Part shown: positions 1 through 13,252 of the stretch, piece by piece | Numbering within the stretch: the stretch's first letter is position 1 | Layout: every line of letters starts with the position of its first letter | NCBI RefSeq assembly: GCF_000143415.4 | Contig: NW_003314294.1 | Span: forward strand, 181,402 to 245,401 | DNA: 64,000 nt | Reading direction: 5' to 3' | From: Selaginella moellendorffii | Taxonomy: Eukaryota; Plantae; Lycopodiophyta | The notes under the pieces: model-generated | The model's database searches: none | What the model was told of the DNA's origin: nothing | What the model saw: the letters and a program-made list of their open reading frames with translations, nothing else | Program-made: the position numbers and the translations under genes

Positions 1-2802
1 TAATGGTGACAAAGTGAGGCTAAACAAATATTATTATGGAGTGAGAGGGAATATATATGGTGGAGTGAGGAGAAACATAATGAATCTAGACTAAAGTGGT
101 ATTTAAGAATTTTATTTTCTTTTAAGGAGGGGATAAGGAATATATTGTAAGAAGCAAACTCCCCAAAGTGTCATTAGCTAAAGGATCCTATAATTATAAT
201 TAAAATAATAAAGAGTTTAGACTAAATATATCTGAGGCTCAATATATTTAAAGCTAGATATATTCAAGGCCAGATATGTCTCAATCCAAATTTTAATACA
301 TATCATAGAGTGAAAGCCCAAAACACTTGTTTCCAAGGGTGAGGGGGAAGGGGAAGAAGGGGGAAAAAATGGAGGAGGTTGTGGGGTCTTTCAAAAGTAT
401 AATAGAGGTTAAAGATTTAGTCTTGAAAGAACTCTCAAAAGGTATTTTTAAAATATATTAAGGTCAGTGAGTATGGATTTGAGGGGTGCCAAGAAAACCT
501 TTCAAGAAAGTGCTTAAAAATAACTCCACTCCCAAAAAGAAAATTAATTACAATGTTTTTAGTTACTATAGAGTGGTGCCCCATTTAAGTACCATAAGGC
601 TTATTAATCTTTACTCTTATATAAGGGGCTTGGACCTTCCTTTTGGATTTAAGATGGAAATATTAAATTCAAAAGTTTACATTTGGTATTAAAAAGGGTT
701 TATATTTAACTTTGTTAGTTAACTAGAGGAATGTTGATATTGATATCTAGTGGTCCAATTTGTTCTGCTAGATTAGATTAGAAAAGTAAAATGTTAAGAG
801 AGTCTCTTAAGAGAGCTATGACTCTCAACTTCTATTCATGACTATAGTATATGTGATTTTCACCTTTTAGCCTTCACAAAAAAAGGGACTGATACATAAA
901 ATGATACAATTTAAAAAATAAAAGAATAAAAGCACAAAGCAACATTAGAATAGTTCTGAAGTATTTAACATCTCAATGCTAAGATTAATATGTAAAATAG
1001 TGCCAAATGGAATTTAACACTATTTTAGCATACTGGTGGAGCAGAAAGCTAGACTATGCCTTAAGTTAATCGCCCATGCTCAACTTACCCACTATTTGTA
1101 GTATATATTTGGAACCCTTTATAACCCCCACCCCACCACAATGTGAACTTGTAGAAAAGTATAGTAAATTATAAATAACCAAAGAAAATGAGTTAAGAGA
1201 TGGTTTATTACGATTTAAAAATATAAGGAAAAAAAGAGTGTACCTCTTTGTTTTGGACATTTGGGGTTAAAAGTTTTTGGGTTTGAGTAATATTAGGTTT
1301 TGAGTAGTATTAAGTTGAATGACCTCCCAGAAAGTTTAAATTCAGAAACTTTGGAAAATTAACTATATAGAAAGTTCAAATTTAAGAATTTACTCTTTGG
1401 CAAACTATAACCAAAGCAAATGTAGTTAGATAAACAAAGTAAGATGGAATATTGAAAAGGGAAAATATGGTTAGATAAGCAAGGTAAACTAGGAAATTGC
1501 AAAAGAAAAATTTATGGCTAAAACAAGCTTTTTATATGTGATGCTAGACAAGGTGTCAAACTTTTTATATATAATGCTGGACAAAGACAAAATAGTGAGT
1601 ATAAGTTAGCAATGGTCACTTGAAAGGAAGATACATAGATATGTTTTGTTGTTCATTTAAGTTAACAATGGTTTCAAAGGTTGATTTAGAAATTTCCTAT
1701 AACACTATTTTGTGGATTGCAATTCCCCACAAAGTCCCTTACTTTAGATCAACATTATGATTTCAATGTTTGATTTGAATGGTTAGCAATTGCACACCCC
1801 CTGGAGTTCACTATAGTCAAATATATTGACTTAGGCATATGCACTTTACTTTAGATAACATGGTATACTTAGGGGTGAAAGTAAGTATGTACCTAGGGTA
1901 AATCCAATTCTTATAGGGCAAGTAAGTAAAAAATCTTTCAATCTCACTTATGATTCTCTTTTTTAAGTATTTAGAATTTTTCTAGTTGAATAGGAGGTTT
2001 TAGAAACCAAGCTAACTTTTTGTATAGATATTAATTTTAATCTATGTAATAATTCTTACATGGCAGAGTAATTAAACTTTTAATCTCACTAATGATTCTC
2101 TAGTATTTAAAAGAGATTTTTCTAGTGGAGTAAGTGGTTTTAGAAACCAAGATTACTTTTCATTTCTTATGGAGTACATATACACTAATGCTGCTTCTAT
2201 GGTATGCCAAGTGTGAGCTTTTGAATTTAGATAATATATTTAAAGGTAAACTCAAATGCAAAGAGTGAACTCCCCAAGTTGCAAATAAAGTTGTAGGCCG
2301 GTAAGAGATTTAAGAAACCAAACTTCTCATTTCTTAAAGTACATGGTGTAGATATTAATTTTTCTTCTATGTTATATACCAATTGGTGAACTTTTGAACT
2401 TGGACATTTTAAGGGTAAACTCAAAAAGCCTGAACACGAACTAGAAGTTGTAGGCTGGTTTATTGGGATTTGTAGTTCGTTTGAAGCTTATATCATGGTT
2501 AACAACAATGTCTTACAGGGCAAGTTTTTGTGGTAGCTTTGGAATATATATCATGGTTAACAACAATGTTTTCCAGATGAGTTAAGTTTTTGTGGTGGTG
2601 TGTAATAGCCCAAAAAAAGTTCCAGATGTTCCAAAGATTTCTATTTTGATGATAGTTTTGGCACATTTAAGGATAAATCTAGCATCATGATTTTATTTGA
2701 TCATACAGAAAAAGGAAAGCTAGTCAGTCATCACAACTCCTTCCTTTTCTTTCTGGTCACAAATTTCTCAGAACTCCTTGCACACACGGTTCGTAATTAG
2801 CA

Positions 2803-4314
2803 CTAGTAGAGTAGCTCCTGGAAAACTGGATCCACGCTCTTGTTCCACTTCCCCTCATACAGACTCAACAGCTTCTCTGCCGGTGTCACCCCCGTTCTCA
2901 CAATCTCAGCAATGTCGTTGAGAAATCCAGCCTCCTTGTAGCCTCGTCTTTGCAGCCCATCCCTGGCCAGCTTAAAAACCTCCTGCGCTACGTGCTTGAG
3001 CTGCCCGTCCCGGAACGGCGTGCTTAATCCCAGCCTCGGAACTTTGCTTCTCAGCATCGCCCTCTCCCCCTCCGTCCAGCCCTCCACCATCTTGGACGCC
3101 GATTCCAGAGCTTCTTCGTCGTACAAAATCCCCACCCAGAAGGCTGGGAGAGCGCACAGCCTCTTCCACGGCCCCCCGTCAGCCCCTCTCATCTCCAAGT
3201 ATCTCTTGAGCCTGACCTCTGGAAAGATGGTTGTCAAGTGGTTCTCCCAGTCGTTGAGCGTCGGGAGCTCGCCGGGGAGATTGGAGAGCCTGCCGGCGAG
3301 GAAATCCTTGAACGACTGCCCCGTGCAATCCACGTACCTCTTGTCCCTGTACACGAAGTACATGGGCACCTCGAGAGCGTACTCCACGTACCTCTCGAAC
3401 GAGAAACCATCCTGGAAGACGAACGGGAGATCGCCTGTCCTGTTTCTATCCACGTCCGTCCAGATGTGGCTCCGGTAGCTCACGAAACCATTGGGAACGC
3501 CCTCCTTGAACGGCGAGTTCGCAAACACCGCAGTGGCGATCGGTTGCAGCGCCAGTCCCACTCTAAACTTCTTCACCATGTCCTCCTCGGACGAGAAGTC
3601 GAGATTCACCTGAACTGTGCACGTCCGGAACATCATGTCCAAGCCCAAGCTGCCAACTTTCGGCATGTAGTTCTTCATGATCTGGTACCTCCCTTTGGGC
3701 ATCACTGGGATCTTCTCCACCGGCCACTTTGGCTGGAATCCCATCCCCATGAAGCCCAGTCCCATCTCCTCGGCCACCGCTTTCACCTGGTAGAGATGGG
3801 AGTTTACCTCGGCACACGTCTGGTGGAGAGTTTCCAGTGGAGCACCGCTGAGCTCGAACTGGCCACCCGGTTCCAGCGAGATGCTTTGCCCGTCCTGCTT
3901 GAGACCGATGATCTTGTCTCCCTCCATCACCCTCTGCCAGTTGAATCGCTCCGCCAGACCTTCCAGCAGCTGCGCGATCTGGTCGTAGTCGATGGGCTCC
4001 AGACTGCTCATCCGGAATCCAAACTTCTCGTGCTCGGTGCCGATCCTCCACTTGGACTTTGGCTTGCATCCCGACGCCAGGTAATCCACCAGGTCGAGCT
4101 TCGTCAGAGGCTCTGCCTTCACGGCGGTCTCTTCCGCTGGCGGGCTGGCGGCGACGATGCCGAGCTTCCTCCTCTCGCGGACGCGGCCACGGAATATCGG
4201 CGAGAGATCTAGCAGCGCTGCCCGGTGCCCCTGCCACTGCCTCTCACCTCCCGGAGCTCGCGACAGCGCTGATCTCTCCATAATATCGAGCGCGCTCCAC
4301 GAAACGGCGGCCAT
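2803..4314 (-). CDS. GSH1: Glutamate-cysteine ligase (plant type), N-terminal transit peptide-like extension; CDS has no introns
   Basis: 503-aa ORF with [40 protein letters not shown] and [20 protein letters not shown] motifs; probable 48-nt 5'UTR intron at 4323-4370 (GTATGT...CGCAG). Confidence 0.96.
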   Translation of the reverse strand: MAAVSWSALDIMERSALSRAPGGERQWQGHRAALLDLSPIFRGRVRERRKLGIVAASPPAEETAVKAEPLTKLDLVDYLASGCKPKSKWRIGTEHEKFGFRMSSLEPIDYDQIAQLLEGLAERFNWQRVMEGDKIIGLKQDGQSISLEPGGQFELSGAPLETLHQTCAEVNSHLYQVKAVAEEMGLGFMGMGFQPKWPVEKIPVMPKGRYQIMKNYMPKVGSLGLDMMFRTCTVQVNLDFSSEEDMVKKFRVGLALQPIATAVFANSPFKEGVPNGFVSYRSHIWTDVDRNRTGDLPFVFQDGFSFERYVEYALEVPMYFVYRDKRYVDCTGQSFKDFLAGRLSNLPGELPTLNDWENHLTTIFPEVRLKRYLEMRGADGGPWKRLCALPAFWVGILYDEEALESASKMVEGWTEGERAMLRSKVPRLGLSTPFRDGQLKHVAQEVFKLARDGLQRRGYKEAGFLNDIAEIVRTGVTPAEKLLSLYEGKWNKSVDPVFQELLY

Positions 4315-4577
4315 TCCTGGAGCTGCGAGAGGAAATGTGAGAAGCCTATCGATCGAATGCTAGCACATACCTGAGGATTCCCCGCCTCCGCCGAGCCGCG
4401 CTCTCCGTTCTTGCGAAGCTCGAGGCTGCCCTAGCTTGAGCGCTTCCGGTCGTCGGATGCCAGCCGTTGGATCAAGTATCTAACAAGGAAGGTTATTTCG
4501 AGTGGGAATCTAACGAGAGGAAGGGTCGTCGTTTCTTCCTGCCCTTTTTCTCGGTTGATACAAGTGGTCCTACCGCT

Positions 4578-4609
4578 TACGTGGCATGTTTGCGTGTATG
4601 CCACGTGGC
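4578..4609. promoter_or_regulatory. ABRE/G-box pair in the GSH1-GDSL divergent promoter
   Basis: TACGTGGC at 4578-4585 and perfect palindrome GCCACGTGGC at 4600-4609. Confidence 0.5.
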
Positions 4610-5225
4610 GCCAAGTCACCATAAGCTAGAACATAGTGATCTTTAATACTTTTTCTACTGTCAAGAGATCCCACCATTGCTGACAAGCATATTCCTCGTT
4701 TTCGTTCAATTCGCAGCAACACACTCGCGTTCTCTGGCAAAAGTTCCGCAAGGCGTCAATGGGCGAACTATTCAAGTGTCACAATTTGTCCACAGAGAAG
4801 CCAGTGAAGAGAGCTGCCGAGAGACAAACTCTGGGCTTTTCGATCTCTCTCGGATCTGGCTGTATGGCAGCACGAGTTCGGTGCAAACTGAGCTCTCAAA
4901 TTCATTGTTTCCGGTTGGCATCCAAAGAAATGCTAATACAATAATAATACTATCAAAATATAATTCTAACAAACCAACCGAAAGAATAACGATGAGAGAA
5001 AGAGCGTTACAAACACCTTTTATGCACATTATATTAATAATCCTACGTGTTCTGGAATCAAACCGCACACATACAAACATTGACAGCGATTTAGCAACAG
5101 GTTTTGAATAAATTTACGCGGAAGAACGGTGGTTCAAAGCTGTATATAATTCATGAAGCTTTTTAAAGCCTTTTCTTGGTCGAGCCAAAGGAGTGTAGTC
5201 CTTCCTGTAAGAAGAAGAAGAAGAA

Positions 5226-7197
5226 ATGGCTGCTTTTCCTTCTTTGGTACTGGTGCCTGCAAATGTTCCCTCTCTTTTGCTGCTCCTGCTCCTGCTCACA
5301 AATTCTCTGCTAAATTCCAATGCCGCTGCCACTCTGACTTGCCCCGTGGGGATTTTCAGCTTTGGAGACTCTCTCGCCGACACTGGGAATTACGCAGCTG
5401 CGTTTCCAGATCCACCAGCGCCTTCTACATCCTCGAGTTCCTCCTCCGCAATCCAAGTTCTATCACCGCAGAGTTCCAGAGTCCACAATTTCTTCAATTA
5501 TCTCGACATTCGTGCAGCCTACGATGGTGCCAAGCTCGACATGGAATTCGAATCCAGCAAGGCCGCGACCAAGCTGCCATTCCGGGCCAGCAATGGTCGC
5601 CTCGTCATCGATTTCATAGGTAACCTCTTTGACAAACTTTGCAGATTCTCTCTAAATTTTCTATGTTTCCTTTTCTCGTCCCGACTTTCTTGGCATTTAG
5701 AAAACTCGCGAGAGATCCTTTCTGCAGTAGAAACGTACGTAGACATTTTGTTCTTGTAGCATCCATATGGTACGTTAAAGTTTTTGTTTAGGTGGTGGTC
5801 GTGGTGGTCCAAACTTCATGCAAGTTTTGCTTGAATTGCCTGCCTGGCAAACTCCATGCATCAACTAAAAAAATGTCAGAGAAAAATATCCGCAAACCAT
5901 GAAGCTTAGGTAGAACCTTTGTTTCGTAGCTACACAAAGTGCCTGACAGCAAGTTTCCTAGTGTGAATTTTTTGATCAATCAATCGCTAGCTATACTTCG
6001 AGGGAAAAAGCTTGCTTTTTTTTCTTTACTTTTCACTCCTTTATACCTGTTTTTTTCTTTTTAAAAAAATAATTTTCTTGATTGCTAACATATTTTTTTA
6101 TTTGGCGTTGTTTGTGTAGCTCAAGCGTTCCGTGCTCCTTTCCTAGCTCCATATTTTCAAAACGTTTTGCCAGACTATACAAACGGTGTCAACTTTGCAT
6201 TTTCTTCTTCAACAGCTCGCAATACTTCCATCTCTGTTCCTTTTTACCTCTACAGGCAAGTCAATCACTACATTTATTTAAAAGGAAACATATATAATGC
6301 CCAAGGTAAAACGAGAAATTCTGTCTGTTTTTCTACGTTTTCCTCCCCTTTTTTGTTTAATTATTACAGGAGGTGCCAGCTTACCACCATTTAGCATCTT
6401 CTCCACAGCCCTCCACTGGATCTCAATCGGTATCAACGATTTCTATCAGAACTATATGGTCAATAATTTGAGTGTTTCTGACGTCAAGAACAAGGTGGTT
6501 CCTGATGCAGTGCATGCAGTCTCGGAAGCTGTCCAGGTAAACAAAATCAAAAGACAAAACCAAATTATTTCTTAAGAAAAAGGTGTAACCTCTCTTTAGA
6601 GACTATATGGATTTGGAGCGAGGACTTTCATGGTGATGAACATTCCAGCAGTTGGCTGCCTTCCAGCTTTCCTCAGCAAATTCGGCACCGCAAACCCGGG
6701 TGACTACGATTCCCTGGGATGCCTTAAGAATCACAACGATGCTGCGAAAGCTTACGCTTCACAGCTCCGCGTGGCTCTATCAAATCTCAGGCTAACTCTC
6801 CCGCAGGCTTTCATCATGTATGGAGATTATTATCAAGTCCACTTAGATGCAGTCACAAATCCAACACAATACGGTAATTTCTAAGTATTATCTTATTTTT
6901 TCCACAATATTAATTAATTTGTATGTTTTTTTTAATGTAGGACTGCATCCCAATGGTACCTTAACTGCATGTTGTGGAGGCGGAGGAAAGTATAATGTTC
7001 CAGTATCTCCATGTATCAGTTCCACTCCAGTGTGTGAAGATCCCCAAGCTTATATAAGTTGGGATGGCCTCCATTTTTGCGAGAGCTTTAATAGAGCGGT
7101 CGCGCTAACGTTCCTCCATGGCGATTATGTGGAGCCGTGGCCCAATTCCAACCTCACTGCGGCGTGCAGCTTAGACTTTAGCAAATTCTATTCTTAA
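5226..7197 (+). CDS. Secreted GDSL esterase/lipase, 5 exons
   Basis: Signal peptide, FGDSLADTGN, RASNGRLVIDF, GVNFA, IGINDF and WDGLH (DxxH) blocks joined by GT-AG introns (first intron 5620-6119). Confidence 0.93.
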
Positions 7198-7347
7198 TAT
7201 GTAATAATTCATATATTTAACATTGCGATTTAATGATCTAAATTATGAATTATATACCAGAATAAACCAGTTTATAGCTATTGACGTTATCGAAGGAAAG
7301 ATGGCGCCCTCCCAGCGACTAAGAATCAGTAAAGCTTGCAACACTTA

Positions 7348-9408
7348 TCACGTAGCCTTAAGCATTGTGGATGGAATGGAAACCCTGCCAATCTCTACAA
7401 TCACAGGCTTCCCATTCGGGTCTAGCGGATGCTTCCACGGCTCTCCATCCAGCTGCATATAAGCTCGATCGCGTTTCTCGCCATGGAGCTCCAGCCGGAT
7501 AGCTTGAGCCTGCCAAGCCGTGTCAAAACATATATCCAAAAGTTCTACACGAACTTTCACAAACCTGAGCAAGACGAACAGCTTTAAGGAGGCTGACCAT
7601 CACCAGAGACGTGTGCCAGCCATCTCGCAAGCCAAAGATTTCCAGATATCCATCGTTGGGCTTGGCCTCGACAAATCCTTTCTGGAGAAGAACAAAACTA
7701 AAACTTTAAAGACGATGTCCAATGGAGTAGTCTACCTTTTGCATATTCTCCGGCTTTGGATGTCCCCACGGGTTTCTTCCGCCGGCATAGCTCTGCAAGT
7801 TCAGTATCACCACTGCTCGAACGCTACAGAGAAGATACGAACCACATCACATCATCTCATTTCCCTCTGCCGCACACTTCTGTTTCGGTTTACCTCGACG
7901 GAACATCAACTTCTTCCCACCCGTCGTCTCCGTGTTTCTTCCTCACGGACAGACGAAGAACGGTGCTCACGCCTCGCGCCCGAGGATTAGTAGATAATGA
8001 AGTGCAAAACCAGCCTTGCCAGCAACTATACCCCGAGTAAATCATCTGGAGGACAATCCAAACAGTCTGAGAAACGGTCAGGAATTACAATCAAAGACCT
8101 TGTTAGCAATCGGTCCTCGAGCAAGCCACGGCATTCTATTCCGCAGCTCATGGAATCCGTATGCAACTTGCGCATCCATTCCTGTGGAAAAAAACAAAAC
8201 AAGAGTCACAACAACCAAACCGTGCAACAAGTACCTAAGCTAAAATAATTGTAGAAGACTCCTTCAAACGACGCTGAGTATTCGTCCTGTTCTCCCTGAA
8301 AGCACGCGGCTTTAGATGTACAAGAGCGAAAGTAAGAAAATATATTTTTTTGCCTCGGTGGAAAGAGGTATATGTTGCTGCGGTTTCAATGCGTGCGGCC
8401 ACTTTATAGGTTTTTCGGTGGACGTTCTAATGCTCACTTTCCAACTGCGGAAGCGATCGACACGAGAAACATACATAAGACAGAAAAAAAGATTGAAGCA
8501 CTCACCAGTCTAAAGGTTGAGGAGTTGAGCCATCCGTTGCTTTCAAGAGCCAGTCCTTAACGGCAGCTCTTCCTTTGGACGTAAAAGAAGCACCCTGCAG
8601 CAAAGAAGTTGTAAACTTGGACAAAAACGAAGGAAAAAACTCACCCATCCAAAGCTCCGTGCGAGATCATTGCCAGTTCCAAGCGGAATAACCCCAACGG
8701 GAGGACACGGTCCACGATGCTCCAAGTGAAGCTCTGCCAGGCTTCCAAGGACCCAGCCCACGGTGCCATCGCCTCCAGCAACCTGTGGAGGAACATATAG
8801 CTCAGAAAACAAAGTGAAAGTTTCTCCATCCATCATACGAGAATTCGAAGACGTTCTCGTGTGAGCCTTGCGCATTGATCGCCGTTTTCCGCAAGAGCAT
8901 CCAGGCACCCCAAACCATGACGAACGAAATCTGTTGGTTTTGTCTCGTTGAGATCAAACACCTGGAATGCACAAGAGAGCAATGAGAAGAAACAAAAAAA
9001 AAAAAAAAAAGGAAAAGATCGCTTTCTCTCACGTATCCCCAGAAAGAACTAAGAGAGAAAAAGAGAAACCTTAGCTTCCAATAGTACCTGTTCTGGACTG
9101 ATGAGATCTCTCAAATGGCCGGCAAGGGCAGGCCCAAGGCGGCCACCACTCTTGGAATTGACGAACACAATGAGCGGGCTGGAAGGGGCTGCGTGATCCT
9201 CTTGCCGATCGCTCAAAGCACTGGCGCCCTCGACATAGCCACCGCCGCTGGTAGCCACGGCATTGCACATCGCCTTGCGGAGATACTCGGGGATCAAGAC
9301 CCGGCCCTTGAGCAGCACCGTCCTGCCCTTCTTCTTGGGGACGATGAGGTCCAAGATCCCCTTACCGCCATGCCCCGCGCCCGATGGCGCCGATCCATTG
9401 GAATCCAT
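7348..9408 (-). CDS. Diacylglycerol kinase (multi-exon, plant type without C1 domains)
   Basis: [48 protein letters not shown] and YMQLDGEPW motifs across short introns. Confidence 0.93.
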
Positions 9409-9639
9409 GGCGCGCTAGCGCGATCGCTGCGCCAAGAGGCGACGATCTTACCCCAGATTGCCCGAAATATCGATGAAGAAGAGCTGCTGCTATCTATCGC
9501 TACAATCCCTCATTGCGAAGCAGCGCTGCCCGCACAGCCAGCAAGAGTGGACGAAAATATTCCCAGAGGAGATTCCATCGTAGTAAATTCTTCTAGGTCG
9601 TACTAATTTCTAGCTGCCATGAAAAACATTATAGTCAAA

Positions 9640-9721
9640 GTCAACATGTCCGAGTGGTTAAGGAGATAGACTTGAAATCTATTGGGTTTCACCCGCGCAG
9701 GTTCGAACCCTGCTGTTGACG
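9640..9721 (+). tRNA. tRNA-Ser(UGA)
   Basis: GTCAACA/TGTTGAC acceptor stem, D-arm TCCGAGTGGTTAAGGA, anticodon arm ATAGA-CT-TGA-AA-TCTAT, long variable arm, GGTTCGAAC T-loop. Confidence 0.96.
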
Positions 9722-9821
9722 ATTACCTTTATACACAGTGTGAACATTCTTTATTCGAATATTCTTAAGGCTATTCGTAGGTGAATATTCTTTAGCTTTT
9801 CTTTGAATTTCTTTAGCTTTA

Positions 9822-12021
9822 CTAAGGCGTGTCGAGCCAAGGAGCTTTTGGTTCTCTGAGCGAGCCCCATCGTCCTACCATTGTGTGAGCCATTTTCGTC
9901 CAGAGTGGCGCTTCTGGATTTCTTCCGGGCGATGGAATCTCGATTATCTCGCTGCTGGTGGTGGTGGTGGTGCTGCTACTCTGAGCTTGAGGAAGCAAGA
10001 GCTCCTCGCGCAGAGGATCGTTCTCGCCTCTTCTCTCAAACTTGGCTGTCAAGGCGATGACTGCTGCGGCGACAGCACAGCCTCCTGGAACCAGAGCTAG
10101 CACTCGTCGAACCAGAGAGACGCTGCAGCGTCCATTGAGCAAGCAAAATGCCGGTGTCTCGGTTCCTGCAAGCGCAACTGTTTTGTTAGTCTCGAAAGGA
10201 AGATCATAGAAACACAGACCATGAAGTGCTTCAATCGCGTAGAGAGCGAATCCACACGCAAGTTTATCACACAAGCTCAGGGAGCCATAAACGAAGGCAC
10301 ATCCACTTAAGCTGTGGCCAACTAGCAATCCTTCCATGCTGGTAGCAGTAACCTGAGAGAGAACCATGGAAATAGTTGAGACCAAGCAGTGCACAAAAAG
10401 GATGGCTTACCAGCATTAGTGCATTGCCTGTTCCGACGACCAATGCTAGAGGATATATGTACAGTTGAAACGAACTAGACAAATAAAAGAATCCAACCCC
10501 GCAAAAAAGCCAAAGTGATGCTCCTGTTGTGAAGGCGACTTTGAGTCTGAAGCTTGTCCAGTGACATTCCTGAATAGAGCGTTTTATCTTGGATGCGTTT
10601 AATCATCAAAGTACCTGGAGCCATATGGAAGTGAAGAAACTAGACATGTATATAACTGCTGGAACCTGTGAAAACAAGGGGTATAAGAGCAATGCTCACG
10701 ACGAATTATCGGTTTACTTACCACTGCCTTCGATGATTCGACCATGTACAAATCGTCAATGAGATAAAATGCTAAAAGGGCCTGAAAAAAACATATTAGC
10801 CTGGGAATCAAGGAGTAAGGTGTTGTATGTTGCAAGACCTGTGAAACATTTGTTGTAAGTCTGGTAAGTGTGTAAACTAGCGCAACTTGATAATAAAGAA
10901 TCTTCCGAAACCATGACACGAAACTTATCTTGGTGTATAGCTTCGGCTGGAAATGGTGTTGTAATCTGGAACAACACAAAAGCTATGGAAGTTTCGAGTA
11001 ACAGTTATCATACCTTGGTTCTTTTACACTTAGAAGAAATATGAGAACAAAAAAGCCACCTATAGCTACATTAGCACTGGCAATCCACCGATACTGTGCG
11101 ACAGCGATGGAGATTAGCAAGCTAAAAAAAGAAGAAACTTAAGTACCTGTCTCTCAACATTGTCATTCGATTTGAAAGTGAAAACCAAGAACGCGATGCC
11201 GTAGAGCAAGAGATTTGCAACCTGGAGGAACATAAAAAAATGAATGGCACGTTTATAAACAGGCAGAAAAACTCAGAGACTTCACCATCGTGAAGGCATT
11301 TCTACAACTGTTCAAGGCCACTCGGCTGGTGGGATTTGCCGTGATGCAATTAACGAGAGACCTGTTCAAAGCCGGGAATCTTTGTGAAGGAGGAAAAAAA
11401 GAGAGAAAGAGACAAATCGTACATGTGAGAGACTTGAGTTGCGGCCCAACCGATATTAAAAATGGCCGCAAAGACGCTGTAGCCAAGTGTCTCCACAAGA
11501 AGCGTCTTGTTTCCCGTGATGACACACACGGAACACCCCCCAAACACGGAAGAAAAGGAGATCGAAACAAGCAACGAACCTCCGCCATGCCATATCTTAA
11601 ATCCTCCAAACAAATCGATCTGACCAACAAAGCTAAACGAAGTAAAAACAATGAGTTCTCCGTCCAATGGACGAAGAACAAGTTCCTTTTCTTACCATAT
11701 ACCCAGCAGCGACTGTAGCGAGTCCATCAGAAACTTGGCCGCAAAGCATCACCAGCGCAGCCTCTCTAACAGATTCCATTGTTAGAATCTCCCCCCAAAA
11801 AAACAAAGAAAAGAGAGATGGAAGATGAAAATTCTCGCTTCCTACCGTGGAGTCAAGCCGACGTCGGTGAGGTAAATGAGCAAATACGTGAACCAGCAAG
11901 CGGCCGTGAGATCATTGAGCATATGGCCAATCCCATACGCCACAATCTCCTTCCTCGCCAGAGCTTTGCTGGACGGAGCATCGAAATCGGCATCGGCATC
12001 GCCGCCGCCGCCGCTCTCCAT
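9822..12021 (-). CDS. MFS transporter, MFSD12-like (MelB/GPH family), multi-exon
   Basis: Spliced N-terminus MESGGGG...YGIGHMLNDLTAACWFTYLL; IFNIGWAATQVSHM; RNAFTM; GCAFVYGSLSLCDKLACG. Confidence 0.88.
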
Positions 12022-12215
12022 CCAGCGCTAGAATCTATGCCGCCAGCTCCATTCGCTGCCGCGATCCAAGCCCTAGCGCCTGGCTCTGCGATGAATTTTC
12101 CTCCCAAGAGGTGGGAGATGGGCCGCAATCCAACGGCCACAAGCGAGTTAAAGAATCTTGGGTAAGACGTGTCCGACGTGGCTGTAGAATCCTCAGCACG
12201 TCATTGTCGTGGCGC

Positions 12216-13064
12216 CTAGTCAGCAAGCATATTTCTGTCCACCATGGGCATTGTGAGGACGAGGGTTGCTGACAAGGCGTCCCACGTGGCAGAGCTCCTG
12301 GTATCGTTCACCTTGTGTGGAAGGTACGTCGCGAGATAGCTGCATCAAAGAAAATCGATAGCGATGGATTGAGTAGAAAACATGGGAGATTTTTGAGCTT
12401 ACTAGCGAGGAGATGTGAGCTTGAGATACGTTGGCTTCACATCGAGCTTGATCTCGCTCGAAGACTCGGTGTCTGGAAGCTTGATCTTCATCACAAGCTC
12501 CTCGCAGAAAATCGTGGATGGAGTTTTGTCGCTCTGGAGCAGCCAATGATTTTAGAAAAGGAGAGTGAGGATTGGCATTCTCGGAAGGATTGATTTGCTT
12601 GCCATTTGGAGGTAGACATCGTTTGGAGTGACTGCCTGCTTGTAAACAAACTCGTATCTATGGTCAAAGAGAACGATCCATCAATTCGCGATGCTTACGT
12701 GATAGTGAACAAGAGTGTGAGATTACTCGGGTTGAATTCGACTGTCATTCTCAGCCGCTTCAATCGCCTCTTCGATCGCAGTCTTCTTCTCTAAAAAAAA
12801 GCGAGAAGGAAATCCATTCCATTCGCAAGAAGGGATCGAAAAGAAGAGAACGATCGAGCTTACTTTTCTCGTATTTTGGGCCGATTGAGGCAGGCGATGG
12901 AGTGGCCTGAGTCGGAGGAGCGAATTCCTGAAAACAACGGAGCGGCGCAAATCGATAAATCGACCAACTAGATCGCAGCGGCGGCGGCATACCTCAGAGG
13001 ATCTTGATGTATCCGCGTGGTAGAAGAGATCGGTAAGCGCCTCGAGATCCGTCTTGTTCCACAT
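12216..13064 (-). CDS. DNAAF6: PIH1D3/DNAAF6-like axonemal dynein assembly factor, 6 exons (absent from the ORF track)
   Basis: Manual splicing gives MWNKTDLEALTDLF...SPASIGP...DSRIQPEYEFVYKQAVTPNDVYLQMSDKTPSTIFCEELVMKIKLPDTESSSEIKLDVKPTYLKLTSPRYYLATYLPHKVNDTRSSATWDALSATLVLTMP, matching the recalled PIH1D3 PIH/CS pattern; includes GC-AG intron 12534-12602. Confidence 0.82.
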
Positions 13065-13252
13065 CCTCGCTCGCCACAAACCCTAGAACACAACGTTCAA
13101 ACGAACGGCATATACCCGGATCATAGTATTCCGTACAGGAATATTCATAGAATAAAACCCATCTTTCGTGTTCCTGGATCCACCATAGCCGAGAGGGCCT
13201 TATCCGCCGGAGAGGAAGCAGGGGTTAGGGTTTTGGGGGAGGGAGGAAGACG

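Noticed and set aside
1-2600. AT-rich stretch with short local duplications, possibly a decayed retroelement
   Set aside because: No motif or terminus that I can identify with confidence.
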